A DNA stretch of 63,758 bases, filler included, from Octopus bimaculoides (GCF_001194135.2; 7 parts of 7 records of this genome joined end to end with filler, not necessarily neighbours in it), one strand, 5' to 3'. Shown: positions 25,695-38,619, counted from the whole stretch's first letter. Notes: generated by a model not told the origin, from the letters alone. A program made the numbers and translations.

Positions 25695-27340
25695 CTGGCC
25701 AACATGTTGAAGGCTTCCATGACATGCATGGAGGCTATGGATATGGTCCAAGAAATGAAGAGATGCAACTAATCTAACAATTTGCAGCAAAAACTTTAAG
25801 AAACCAGCCAACCACTTCATCACCTACTAATTTGGCGAACAGACAACTCTGATAAATTACATTCCCGCCAGGAAAAAAGATAGAGAAGCTATTGTAAATG
25901 CTAAAACCTTTCCTGACAAAGAATGCACTACTCAACAAAAATCAGTGGCAAATGACTTCAGAGTCAGATTTAGGTAGACACAGAGATGATAGACAATATG
26001 GAAAAGGAGGATATGAAAGCTGAAAGATCCAGCAGTTGGAAATAGGTTTAAAGATTAAGACACCTAAAGCAACAGGAAATTTCTATGAAATAACTTGGTT
26101 AGGGCTACAGATCAGACATGTGGCTGGGGCAAAGTCCCAGCTAAACCAAATGTAACGTGGTGATGGAATGGCTCAGGTGATAGGGTAGTAAGGGCTAAGA
26201 GACAGGCTTGGAAAATCTGGAAGGAAGGTGGTAGTAGGGAGCATTATTAAATTGCTACAAGAGCAGCTAGATGCTAGACAACAAATATACTTGGCTAAGC
26301 AAAAGGAAGAGATTTACACATGTTCTGCAATATGAGGATTAGAAATGTGAGGTGCTCATTATTACAAAACAATGTGTGAGAAAGAACCAGGATGTCATTG
26401 GTGAGAAGTGTTTTCAGAATGATGAAGGTGCACTCACCATCAATATGAAGGGTGGAAAATGGTATGGAAATGGTATGTGATGCTGATGAATGTGAAGATT
26501 GCTTGGTATAATGAAGGGCTATGTCATGCTGAACTTACTGAAAGATCAGCAATTCAAGTTGATAGTAATGTAGTAGATAAAGTGATTAAAAACAAGAAGA
26601 GATGGTAAGATGAGGGTTTCTCACGGACAGTTGCTGAAAGACTCAAAATATCTGGTGAAGGAAGGATGTGTGGTAGGATATGTGATTACGACCTGAACAG
26701 TTAATCAAGTTACACAGGAAGGTATCCAATCCAATGACTGATGTAGCAGTAGCATTGTAAAGTGTTACAAAGGCAAAAGAGATGCATTAGAAAGAAGCAA
26801 CTATAGATGAGTCAAACTATTGGATCAGGTTACGAAGATTATGGAAAGAGTCATAGCACAATTGAACTGTGACAGAACAGATCAAGATAAGAGGCACTTT
26901 GGTTTCATGCCTAGAAAAAGTAACACAGATGCAATCTTCCCAGTGAAGCTAAGAGTAAACCACTGTTAGGAGAAGACATTTGACAGGGCACCACATTCAG
27001 TAATTTGGTGCACATTAAGGAGATTATATGTAGATGAATGGCTCATAAGGGTTATATAGAAGCTATGTCCAAAAGTGAAGTAGAATGAGAGTTGACAATC
27101 ATTTCAGTGTTGAATTTAATGTGAGGGATGGAGTTCATTAAGGTTCAGTCCTCAATCCTCTCCTATTCATAGTCTTATAGACTACTACACAAGAGTTTAA
27201 TACTGGTTACCCATTGGAACTCTTATATATTGATCATCTAGTTCTTATAGCTAAATTTAAATGAGAATTAGAGAGAAAATTCCAGGCAAGGAAGCTAATT
27301 GTAGAAGACAGAACCCAGTGTTAACTTAGCCAAGAATGAA
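25695..27340 (+). mobile_element. RTE-clade LINE (endonuclease to RT), degenerate
   Basis: HVEGFHDMHGGYGYGPRNEE, CYKGKRDALERSNYR, FGFMPRKSNTDAIF, GSVLNPLLF. Confidence 0.85.
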
Positions 27341-27385
27341 GTTTTATATGCATATATAGATATATATATATATATACAGGCATAC

Positions 27386-27426
<41 letters not shown>

Positions 27427-27470
27427 NNNNNNNNNNNNNNNNNNNNNNNNNNNNNNNNNNNNNNNNNNNN

Positions 27471-27482
27471 TTAATTAATTAA
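27471..27482. other. Artificial scaffold linker TTAATTAATTAA in a 44N-12-44N gap (also 46407, 47771, 57096, 59518, 62513)
   Basis: Identical palindromic 12-mer centred in six identical 100-bp gaps. Confidence 0.95.
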
Positions 27483-27843
27483 NNNNNNNNNNNNNNNNNN
27501 NNNNNNNNNNNNNNNNNNNNNNNNNNGCACACATACACGCATATACTCACACATTTTCAGCATTGAACACTACCACCATTTCCGTTGTATAAACGCTCGC
27601 GCGCGCGCAAACATACCTCTCTTTTACACAAACATATACACAAACATGTACACAAACATATACACTTCAAATACCGTTTATCGGCGTTTCCGCTCCTTTC
27701 CTCGTTATTCATCTATCACCCCTTCCTTTCTCGTTCATACTACGATGTCTTTACCATTTATCTCCTCTACCTTCACCTCTCACTCCACCGCTCATTATAT
27801 TAGGAGATTATACATACATTTTAACACTTTACAGTATACTTAC

Positions 27844-27861
27844 ATATAGACATAATTCGAT
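27844..27861 (-). other. Candidate 18-nt microexon
   Basis: Long pyrimidine tract ..TCCTGTTGTTTTAG|ATCGAATTATGTCTATAT|GTAAGT; frame-preserving length. Confidence 0.3.
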
Positions 27862-28045
27862 CTAAAACAACAGGATTGCTAAAGGAAGACCAAAATTTAA
27901 GAGAAGAGAAAAGCCAAAAGGTCTCATGTTATTCAGTGTAGGATTTTATTTCAGATATTCTCATTTTAAAAATCATCGGTTAGTCGTTGAGAGGATGCTG
28001 ATGTGACGTTGGCGGAGGTTTGCGCTCTCTGAGTGCTCTTATTAA

Positions 28046-28256
28046 AGCGGCGAGCTAGCAGAATCGTTAGCACGCTGGACCAAATACTTAGCGCTATTTC
28101 ACCCGTCGCTACGTTCTGAGGTCAAATTCCACCGAGGTCGACTTTGCCTTTCATCCTCTGGGGGTCGATAAATTAAGTACCAGTTGCACACTGGAGTCGA
28201 TGTAATCGACTCGTCCTCTCCCTCAAAATGGGTACCCTTGAGGCAAAATTTGAAAC

Positions 28257-28304
<48 letters not shown>

Positions 28305-28333
28305 CATTATTATTATTATTATTATTATTATTA
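28046..28333 (+). mobile_element. SINE family A, full length, with long (ATT)n tail
   Basis: GCGGCGAGCTAGCAGAATCGTTAGC head, GGTCAAATTCC B-box-like motif, GAGGTCGACTTTGCCTTTCATCC core. Confidence 0.9.
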
Positions 28334-28508
28334 AGGCGATGAGTTGGCAGTAAAGGAATTTCGTATTCTTCCCATACATACAAAAATAGGTACATACATA
28401 CATACACACACATACACGCACACACAGATATATATATATATATATATATANNNNNNNNNNNNNNNNNNNNNNNNNNNNNNNNNNNNNNNNNNNNNNNNNN
28501 NNNNNNNN

Positions 28509-28828
28509 NNNNNNNNNNNNNNNNNNNNGAGTGGCTGCGTGGTAAGTAGCTTGTTTACGAACCACATGGTTCCGGGTTCAGTCCCACTGCGTGGCACCTT
28601 GGGCAAGTGTCTTCTACTATAGCCTCGGTCCGACCAAAGCCTTGTGAGTGGATTTGGTAGGCGGAAACTGAAAGAAGCCCGTGGTATATATGTATTTATA
28701 TGTGTGTGTGTGTGTGTGTGTCTGTATTTGTCCCCCAACATCGCTTGACAACCGATGATGGTGTGTTTACGTCCCCGTAAATTAGCGGTTCGGCAAAAAC
28801 GACCGATAGAATAAGTACTAGGCTTACA
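28509..28828 (+). mobile_element. SINE family B
   Basis: GAGTGGCTGCGTGGTAAG..GGTTCAGTCCC..GGCACCTTGGGCAAG..internal (TG)n. Confidence 0.9.
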
Positions 28829-29939
28829 ATACACCAGAAAATACAACTCTGCTTTCTTGACCCTTTAGAGAAAATAGCATCAGAAAAGGAGAATCTATGG
28901 CTACTTCTAAAATACAAGAGAACTTTTGCCACAAGATTGGATCCCTTCAGCTTGTTTTGAATGAAGAGCTCCAGTACCCACAACAATACCTTGTTGGTAA
29001 CTTAAAGAAACAAGCTCATAACAACAATGCTATTTCTCAAGAAACTTGATTCTTGAAAGCTATGTCAGAAGTTTTTTGTGTGCATTGTGTCTAAACCCAC
29101 TTTGGCGTTTCATATTGTTGTTTGTGAAATACAGGAGGCACTCTGAAGAAAATGTGCACCATTTCTAAGCACCTGACTGCAACAATTTCGCTGTCATCAT
29201 GAGTGGAGTGTCAGATGACAAAAGGTGTCAGCGTTGTCACAGTTACTGCCGAATATCGGATACATTCCCTTTTGCATGGCGGCATTCTGTTTTTAATTAA
29301 TTTAAATTGAATCTTGTGGTTGTCTCCTCTATCTTTTACGACTAAAATTAATCATTAAGCTAATGGGTTTTTTCTCCCCACTACAAGTAAATTTTAATTA
29401 ATTAAGAGTTCTTAGCTCACTTCATTAAGTATATTCACACGGTCATTACTAGTTGAAGAAATAGCTTATCCAATTGTGATGATTCACCTAAGTTCATAGT
29501 TTGTCTTCTCTACTTGTTTAATGACTTGTTACTGCTATTGTATTGTTAGAGCATGTTTTCCAAGTTGAGAAGTCAATGTATAGCAGAAAACGAATCAAGT
29601 ACTGAAATCATTGCGTTTCTCTCTCTCTCTCTCCCCCTCTCTCTCTTTCTCTCCCTTCCCCCCTCTCTCTCTCTCAATGTATAAATTTCTCCTCATTTTA
29701 CAACATAACCCAATTACAGTCTGTGAGACTGTTTAAAATGTTTAGATTAGAATGAAGCGCTTCAAATCCAAAGAATGCCTTTAGATTATTTTCAGTGTCG
29801 AATTGCTTACAACTGTAATTCTTGCCAAAAAATAACTTCTTTCATAAAGTTGCGTTAACCTTTTACAGTGTAGGCTATTACAATACACACATCACGTATA
29901 CACACATACTCACACACAGTCGCACATGCACGCAAGCAT

Positions 29940-29985
<46 letters not shown>

Positions 29986-31014
29986 ATCTCGAGCGATGCA
30001 GAAAAGAGCACATATATAATTACAGAAATTATCATTGTTTTATACATTAATATGACTGTTCTTTATTTAATTCCTAATTTATGGTAACAAACCATGCCTA
30101 ACAACAACAACACCACCACCACCACCACCACCACCATCGCCATCATTGATATTGTATGCTATAAAAACAGAAACGTTTCACGCCATCTGCAGAGATAATT
30201 ACGTTTTCATGCTCCCATGATTATAGTATTTCGTTGGATTCCTACCTCGTCGTATATTAGCGACAATTTATTACAGGTAATTAATTACTTGAATTTTCTG
30301 AAAGGCAATTATACACCAGCATAAGTGAATCATAGGTTTTACGTTATTTTTGTTCATTATTGTTCATTTGAATAATACTTCTTTATATCTTTACTCTTTT
30401 TATTCATATTTATAGAGACGATGTGGCCACGCGGGTAAGCTGTAGGATTGCAAGCTCATACGTGTAGAGTTGAATTGGCAGTTTTTTCTTTTTTTTTTTT
30501 TTTTTAGATGTAGATAGTGTGAACTACTGAATGAAGTACGCAAAAAGTTGTTAATGAACGCTCAACCTGAAATTTTAAATTGATGCCATTAACTCACTTC
30601 TCTGTGTTCGTTTTTGTTTTATATTGGATGATAAACTATAATCCAAGGCAGAGTACACATATCGAGTTAAGGCTTTGATTAAGTACTATATGTGACAGTT
30701 GGTATGCGATATGCTACTCCATGTTGAAAGGTGATTTCGGAGAATGGTGAATAAATTTTATTGCCAGGCTAACAAATCCTTTATCTTCTATTATTCGAAA
30801 CCAACGACGGAGCAACGGCAGAGCCAAGCCACTGTCACATACCCTGCTAGAAATAGCAGCCAAATCTTTCACATCCTACTTTATGACCGTCCTATAGGTC
30901 AACTTGGAAATGAATAATAATAACTATTACTATCTGTTGAAAAAGAAGAACCCAAAATGCCAAAAACTGAATTTATTTGATTTCATACGAATCTTTCTTT
31001 TGAATTGATATTAG

Positions 31015-31224
31015 TTTCAAATTTTGGCACAAGGCCAGCAACTTCAGGGGAGAGGGTAAGTCGATTACATCGGCCCCAGTACTCAACTGGTACTTGTTTT
31101 ATTGACTCCGAAAGGATGAAAGGCGAAGTCGAGCTCGACAGAATTTGAACTCAGAACATGAAGACGGATGAAATGCCGCAAAGCATTTCGCCCGGCATGC
31201 TAACGATTCGGCCAGCTCGCCGCC
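31015..31224 (-). mobile_element. SINE family A
   Basis: Reverse complement of the family-A consensus seen elsewhere in the window. Confidence 0.9.
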
Positions 31225-31257
31225 TTATATTGGATTCAAATTTTGGCACAAGAACTT

Positions 31258-31364
31258 TAGGTGTTTTCGCTCAATAAATACTTACAACGCCCGGTCTGGA
31301 AATCGAAACCGCGATCCTATGACTGTGAGTCCGCTGCCCTAACCACTGGGCCATTGCGCCTCCA
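31258..31364 (-). mobile_element. SINE family C 5' part (tRNA-like head)
   Basis: Near-identical to 38854-38960 in reverse orientation. Confidence 0.85.
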
Positions 31365-32056
31365 CAAACTGAATAATAAGCAGAGTAATAACTAACCGTA
31401 CAGTAGAGTAATAACTCACCATTATTACTCACTATTTTATTTTGTAGAGATCTTAACAGGTGTTTCACACAATGCCACTGTCATACATGTATAGGATTAA
31501 GATTTTTTAAAATTAAGGGCAGTTTTGTTTTTGATTTTTGGCGACTGTTTTTTCATGTTATTTTAACATGAATTGGGAGATCTCCTGTTGAATATCCAAA
31601 TGAAATAACCGAACGAACTTTTAGAGTTTTATTCTGTGTTTGTTTTTTAATTTGGTCTGTGTTAGGTATGATATATTAGGTTACGTCACAGAAGACATCG
31701 TACTAGTACATCACAAACAACGTCGTCTCCATTTTGTTAAGTCAAGTAAAGATACGCTTTAGTGATTTCCTAACGTTATGGAGAATTTGAGCTCATGAAT
31801 GTCAGCTAATAACACGCATCAGTTATACAATATACTCATTGATCACAGCAAACAACTGAACTGTGTAAAATGTATTTACTAAAAGCACAGCGCTGGTGAC
31901 AGGATACAGAGAAACTGTCGTTTATCAGTAAAGCTGGTAACCAATCGATTTAGTCATGCAGTCTTCATAAACCACATCTCACCGTTATCAAGTTATACTT
32001 AAGTCTCAACCAGTTGGGAATTAAAAACTCCAGTTTCTCTTTCTCTCTCCTTCTTC

Positions 32057-32112
<56 letters not shown>

Positions 32113-33239
32113 TCCCTCTCTAACTATCTCTCCATATTTTTTTGCCTGCCTCTCTGCCATACATTGTCTCCTTGTTACCACCTCTCATACAATTTACTGA
32201 GTTGCTGGCATTTACTTATTGCAGATATATGAATCGAGAAAAGAATCAAAATGAACTACAGAGCTAATCCTATTTCTAACACCTTCATTATTTCCTCCGC
32301 TGTCATGCATCTTTCAGAAGGAACAAGACTATATAATTAAATCAGCTATAGTACATTGCTGGCACATATTTAACAAACACTTGAATGATTGTAAGCAAAA
32401 TCGACTCAATAGTGAGATCAGATTAGGCAGAGCTGAACTAGATATCAGAAAGCAGTTTAACCAATAAAAGGGAGGCGGGTGAGTAAGTGCCGGAAACAGT
32501 ACAACGCTAGACTACATTTTTACAGCTGACTCAGTATTCTGGCGTAGTAAGCTAACGATTGGACCATTATGTGACAGTAGCCAAATCTTTCTCAAATAAC
32601 ACCCTGTTGTCTTTAGTAAGTAAAGGATACCTTGGATACTATTACTCACTATTTTATTTTGTAGAGATCTAGACATGGTAGTCGAGACTGGATTTACTCA
32701 AACCGAAATGATCTGGGTTAAGCATCAACGACTCCCTATTATGAATTGAAAGCTCATTAGATTCCGATTTTCCTTTAAACTTTTACATGATAGTTGTTCT
32801 GTGTCTTCTTGCATTATTTCATATAATTAGTATTCATAGCTACCAACAATCTATGAATTTTGTTTAGACCAAAAGCCAGGCTTCTTCGAGGATGAGTAAC
32901 AAGATTCCGATGTCCATTGCCTTTCTTGAAGACATTAGAGATATATGTGTAGTGATACGGCAACGACCAGAAATTGAAATCGGTTCGTAGATTCGTCTCA
33001 CTGGGAGCTGTTTTCTGCTCTCTTACAGAATCGATTGAATTGATCCATTATACATATCTCCCACATTTATCAATCACAGAAGAATGAGTGGCAAAATGGA
33101 GATCAGTGGCAGTTAACCTTAGAACATAGAAGCACGAAGCTAAGTACTATGCTGCAAGGTATTTAATCCGCCTCTCTACTGTTTTTGCCACTACCCCCAA
33201 CCTTCCAAACAATAATATTGATTTTCAATAGGACAATAA

Positions 33240-33430
33240 GGCCACTATTTTTGGGGAGGGATACAGTACCTCAGAAGGTTAGTACTTTATTTTATCGACC
33301 CCAGAAGTATCAAAGACAAAGTTGACCTCATTGAGATTAGAACTCGGAACGTAAAGGGTTATATCTAAATACCACAAAGTTTTTTAAAATTCCTTTTTTT
33401 GTCCGACGCTTTAATGATTTAGCCAACCCA
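33240..33430 (-). mobile_element. SINE family A, degenerate
   Basis: TTTATCGACCCC..AAAGTTGACCTC..TAGAACTCGGAACGTAAAG blocks. Confidence 0.65.
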
Positions 33431-34034
33431 TTGCCCTACATCTATTTCTAACAAGAGCAAAACACCACTAGTTATGGAGGGTGTAAAAATGTGTTAAATA
33501 ACCATTCTTCCAAATATTTTGACTGGCAACAAGGGAAGCTAATCAGGGCCCAATTTCAACGCAAACTGTTAAAGTGACATAACTAAAATATCCAATGCTC
33601 TGTTGATTTTACCTGCGCTCTCTCAAATGTTAATTAATATTAATGATTTCATTGAAACCCGCTAGATTTGGTTGAGGGTTTATCTGACATATTATTGTTT
33701 ACGTTTATCCATACATAAAAACATTATATGGATGGAGAAAATGAAATTTATTTTGTCCTATTTTCCCCCAAAGGACATTAACAGTTTCGACCTGGAAAAA
33801 AAATCACCAGAATCAATGAGGAATCATAGACTACTAGAAACAGCAAACAAATTTCTCTCAAATCACACCTTACTGTCTTGAAAAAGAGACAGAACAAAGT
33901 CATTTGTCTTGGCTACTATGAGTAACAGCTGGTATATTCAATGAGACTAAACAAATGGAAAACAAATTATGATTGTCTAAGACAATGCACGTAATAGACA
34001 AAGTGCATTTTCAGTTGATGCAATACAGCTATCC

Positions 34035-34074
<40 letters not shown>

Positions 34075-34714
34075 GTATGTGTGTGTGTGTGTGTTTAAAC
34101 ACACACACACACACACATATATAATGCATGTATGTATGTATGTACGTATGTACGTACGTATTATGTATGTATGTATGTATGTATTTATGTATGTATGGCG
34201 AGATATACGAAATTTTAGGCAACAGTTGTTCTTCCGCATAGCTTTATATGCTGGTGTCAAACAAAATGCTACAACTGATGACAGGCGAGTGTATTGTTTG
34301 AGCAGAACTTATCAACACCATCCAATTAATTGTAGCAAGAGAAGAAAGGTTACGATGACAGTAGCTATTAATAAACGACAGCCAAACTAGTCTGACGCAT
34401 TAAAACAAACAAGGGAAATAAATCCATTATCTAAGTTATTTCAATACAACAACCGTAATTCTACCTGAAACTGTCTTCTAAAACCTTAGGAATCTAGTAT
34501 ACAAACACACTTTCTTTTTGAGATAAACATTTGTTTAGTACTGAGTAGAAGAAACTGTACAGCTCTGGAATCAAAATTTTTTAAAGTGTTGAGTTTCATC
34601 TCTGGACGTTTTGGGTTCCATTACTGCTTGCGTTGTTGCTGCTCCCTAATTGTTATTGTTTAACCCTAGTTCAACCATGACTGATCAGACGTATGTTCAA
34701 AAAGTATTCAAACC

Positions 34715-34941
34715 AAGGCGTGGCTGTGTGGTAAGAAGCTGGCTTCCCAACCACATGCTCCCGGGTTCAGTCCCACTGCGTGGTACCTTGGGCAAGCATC
34801 TTCTACTATAGCCTCGGACCGACCAAAGCCTTGTGAATGGATTTGCTAAGTGGAAACTGAAAGAAGCCCGTCGTACATGTGTGTTTATGTGTGTGTCTTT
34901 GTGTCTGTGTCTATTTGATAGACGGAAACTGAAAGAAGCCT
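34715..34941 (+). mobile_element. SINE family B 5' part, running into a gap
   Basis: AGGCGTGGCTGTGTGGTAAG head and CORE-like block. Confidence 0.9.
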
Positions 34942-35789
34942 NNNNNNNNNNNNNNNNNNNNNNNNNNNNNNNNNNNNNNNNNNNNNNNNNNNNNNNNNNN
35001 NNNNNNNNNNNNNNNNNNNNNNNNNNNNNNNNNNNNNNNNNNNNNNNNNNNNNNNNNNNNNNNNNNNNNNNNNNNNNNNNNNNNNNNNNNNNNNNNNNNN
35101 NNNNNNNNNNNNNNNNNNNNNNNNNNNNNNNNNNNNNNNNNNNNNNNNNNNNNNNNNNNNNNNNNNNNNNNNNNNNNNNNNNNNNNNNNNNNNNNNNNNN
35201 NNNNNNNNNNNNNNNNNNNNNNNNNNNNNNNNNNNNNNNNNNNNNNNNNNNNNNNNNNNNNNNNNNNNNNNNNNNNNNNNNNNNNNNNNNNNNNNNNNNN
35301 NNNNNNNNNNNNNNNNNNNNNNNNNNNNNNNNNNNNNNNNNNNNNNNNNNNNNNNNNNNNNNNNNNNNNNNNNNNNNNNNNNNNNNNNNNNNNNNNNNNN
35401 NNNNNNNNNNNNNNNNNNNNNNNNNNNNNNNNNNNNNNNNNNNNNNNNNNNNNNNNNNNNNNNNNNNNNNNNNNNNNNNNNNNNNNNNNNNNNNNNNNNN
35501 NNNNNNNNNNNNNNNNNNNNNNNNNNNNNNNNNNNNNNNNNNNNNNNNNNNNNNNNNNNNNNNNNNNNNNNNNNNNNNNNNNNNNNNNNNNNNNNNNNNN
35601 NNNNNNNNNNNNNNNNNNNNNNNNNNNNNNNNNNNNNNNNNNNNNNNNNNNNNNNNNNNNNNNNNNNNNNNNNNNNNNNNNNNNNNNNNNNNNNNNNNNN
35701 NNNNNNNNNNNNNNNNNNNNNNNNNNNNNNNNNNNNNNNNNNNNNNNNNNNNNNNNNNNNNNNNNNNNNNNNNNNNNNNNNNNNNNNNN

Positions 35790-35952
35790 ATTTCGTCTAT
35801 CTTCATGTTCTGAGTTCAAATTCCGCCGAGGTCGACTTTGCCTTTCATCCTTTCGGGGTCGATAAATTAAGTACCAGTTGCGTACTGGGGTCGATCTAAT
35901 CGACTGTCCCCCTCCCCAAAAATTTCGTACATTGTGCCTAGAGTAGAAAAGC
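35790..35952 (+). mobile_element. SINE family A
   Basis: Core plus AGAGTAGAAAAG end. Confidence 0.9.
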
Positions 35953-36048
35953 ATATAAAATGTCGATAGGAAGACAGAAGATTTTGTCGTAGATTAGAAG
36001 TGGTGGTTTGGATGATGATATGTAGAGGAAGTAATATTAAATGTTAGT

Positions 36049-36209
36049 TTCGTCTGTCTTTACGTTCCGAGTTCAAATTCCGCCGAGGTCGACTTTGCCT
36101 TTCAACCTTTTGGGTTCGATAAATTAAGTACCAGTTGTGTACTGAGGTTGGTCTAATCGACTGGCTCCCTCCCAAAAAAATGTTGGGTTTTGTGCCTAGA
36201 GTAGAAAAG
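36049..36209 (+). mobile_element. SINE family A, 5'-truncated, with 16-bp TSD
   Basis: TSD AATATTAAATGTTAGT at 36033-36048 and 36210-36225. Confidence 0.92.
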
Positions 36210-36744
36210 AATATTAAATGTTAGTAAAGTTATCAAATTATACGTTATTGATAACACCTAAAATAAGTCCCTTTTCTATTCCCTTAGATGGGTGTAGGAA
36301 TAGTATGTTATCAACTGCTTGATTTAATGCAGGAAGAAAATATGTTTTTTTTTAAGTTTAAAAGGTAAATTCTAATTTTTAAGGAGCAGTTCTAACAAGT
36401 TTTTACATGGTCTATAAGTTTATTGTCATTTGAATTAAAATAGAGTGCTGTCTTTAGATGATTAGTTCGTTGAGAAGCAATGTTTAAGTAGAAACTAGAA
36501 TATGAGTTATTCGCTTCTCGGCATTGTTGTAGCCTTCGAATGATGCCACTCTGCAGGCAAGGCGAGCTGGTCAACATTCACCTGGAACGCCAATCTGTCA
36601 TAAGGTTACCCATTTACAGCTGGGTAGTTTACAACAGGGGACTGCAAACCTTTTAGACAATGGACCCCTTCATGGAATCCTTTTCCCCTCATCCGACTTC
36701 CAGGCATGTACAAGAAAATAAATAAATAATAATAATAATAATAA

Positions 36745-37025
36745 TACTGACTGCCCAGTCCTGGCTAAGAAGGAATATATTCACAGACACGACAGAGCTG
36801 GGACCTATATACACTGGAAGCTATGCCAACACTATGGAATAACAACAGAAAAAAGATGGTATAAACACACGCCAGAAAAGGTCACAGAAAACGAGAAAGC
36901 AGCCATACTCTGGGATATGCCAATACACACAGATAGAGAAATTAAGGCAAATAGACCAGATATAGTTGTCAAAGATCATGAAGGAAAAAAATGCTTTCTA
37001 ATTGATGTATCAATACCAGCAGATG
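36745..37025 (+). mobile_element. R4/Dong-type LINE fragment (REL endonuclease), frame uninterrupted
   Basis: CPVLAKKEYIHRHD..LWDMPIHTDREIKANRPDIVVKD..CFLIDVSIPAD; starts immediately after (AAT)n and runs into a gap. Confidence 0.9.
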
Positions 37026-37789
37026 NNNNNNNNNNNNNNNNNNNNNNNNNNNNNNNNNNNNNNNNNNNNNNNNNNNNNNNNNNNNNNNNNNNNNNNNNNN
37101 NNNNNNNNNNNNNNNNNNNNNNNNNNNNNNNNNNNNNNNNNNNNNNNNNNNNNNNNNNNNNNNNNNNNNNNNNNNNNNNNNNNNNNNNNNNNNNNNNNNN
37201 NNNNNNNNNNNNNNNNNNNNNNNNNNNNNNNNNNNNNNNNNNNNNNNNNNNNNNNNNNNNNNNNNNNNNNNNNNNNNNNNNNNNNNNNNNNNNNNNNNNN
37301 NNNNNNNNNNNNNNNNNNNNNNNNNNNNNNNNNNNNNNNNNNNNNNNNNNNNNNNNNNNNNNNNNNNNNNNNNNNNNNNNNNNNNNNNNNNNNNNNNNNN
37401 NNNNNNNNNNNNNNNNNNNNNNNNNNNNNNNNNNNNNNNNNNNNNNNNNNNNNNNNNNNNNNNNNNNNNNNNNNNNNNNNNNNNNNNNNNNNNNNNNNNN
37501 NNNNNNNNNNNNNNNNNNNNNNNNNNNNNNNNNNNNNNNNNNNNNNNNNNNNNNNNNNNNNNNNNNNNNNNNNNNNNNNNNNNNNNNNNNNNNNNNNNNN
37601 NNNNNNNNNNNNNNNNNNNNNNNNNNNNNNNNNNNNNNNNNNNNNNNNNNNNNNNNNNNNNNNNNNNNNNNNNNNNNNNNNNNNNNNNNNNNNNNNNNNN
37701 NNNNNNNNNNNNNNNNNNNNNNNNNNNNNNNNNNNNNNNNNNNNNNNNNNNNNNNNNNNNNNNTAATTCACCTTTGGAAATATGGGTGT

Positions 37790-38052
37790 TTTGCTCAACA
37801 TCCTTAAACAAACCTTATTCAGGGACCTTTTGAGCGGGATGGGCTACTCGAACTGATAAAAATTCTAACTGGGCCCCACCTGCGAGGTCATGTGTTGTTT
37901 ATCTTGATATGAGATCACCATGTCGCGCACATATGGTTGTGATGCATGTGCCTGGTGTACCCTTATCAGACGGGTAGTCATGATGGGTATTTGTATATTT
38001 TACCCCAGTGTCACTTTGATGGCATGCACTGCTCTCTCACTCAATAATAATT
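37790..38052 (+). repeat. Interspersed repeat 3' end with AATAATAAT tail (family unassigned)
   Basis: Non-coding GC-balanced block ending CTCTCACTCAATAATAAT after a gap. Confidence 0.4.
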
Positions 38053-38129
38053 AAGTAGATGTGCAGTTTCCAGGCATTAATCCATTCCTTGAATAGTCCC
38101 ATCGACCCTCAGGGGTTGATATCGACCAC

Positions 38130-38265
38130 TTTGGAGAACCCTGGATTAGAGCAACGTGAAATGATGCGCATCGCTCGAGAACATAACGCACCAGCGATCT
38201 AAGACTTGAAACCACGAGCTTACGAACGTGAGTGCAACACCCTAACGACTAGACCACGCGCATTC
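38130..38265 (-). mobile_element. tRNA-derived SINE head (family D)
   Basis: GCGCGTGGTCTAGTCGTTAGGGTG (A-box-like) and GTGGTTTCAAGTC (B-box-like) on the minus strand. Confidence 0.55.
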
Positions 38266-38279
38266 ACACACACACACAA

Positions 38280-38310
<31 letters not shown>

Positions 38311-38386
38311 CAGACAGAAAGACAGACAGATAGATAGACACAGACAGACAAACATACAGATAGGTAGAGACAGACAGACAAACAGT

Positions 38387-38472
<86 letters not shown>

Positions 38473-38532
38473 CAGACAAACAGAGACAGAGAGATAGGCA
38501 GGCAGACAGACATATACACAGACAGACACAGG

Positions 38533-38580
<48 letters not shown>

Positions 38581-38619
38581 ATAAATAACCTTCCCAACAC
38601 GTATAGATTCATAGGGTAG

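Noticed and set aside
28840-29290. Possible piggyBac-like C-terminal Cys motif (DDKRCQRCHSYC)
   Set aside because: Too short and degenerate; no DDD domain, TIR or TTAA TSD found.
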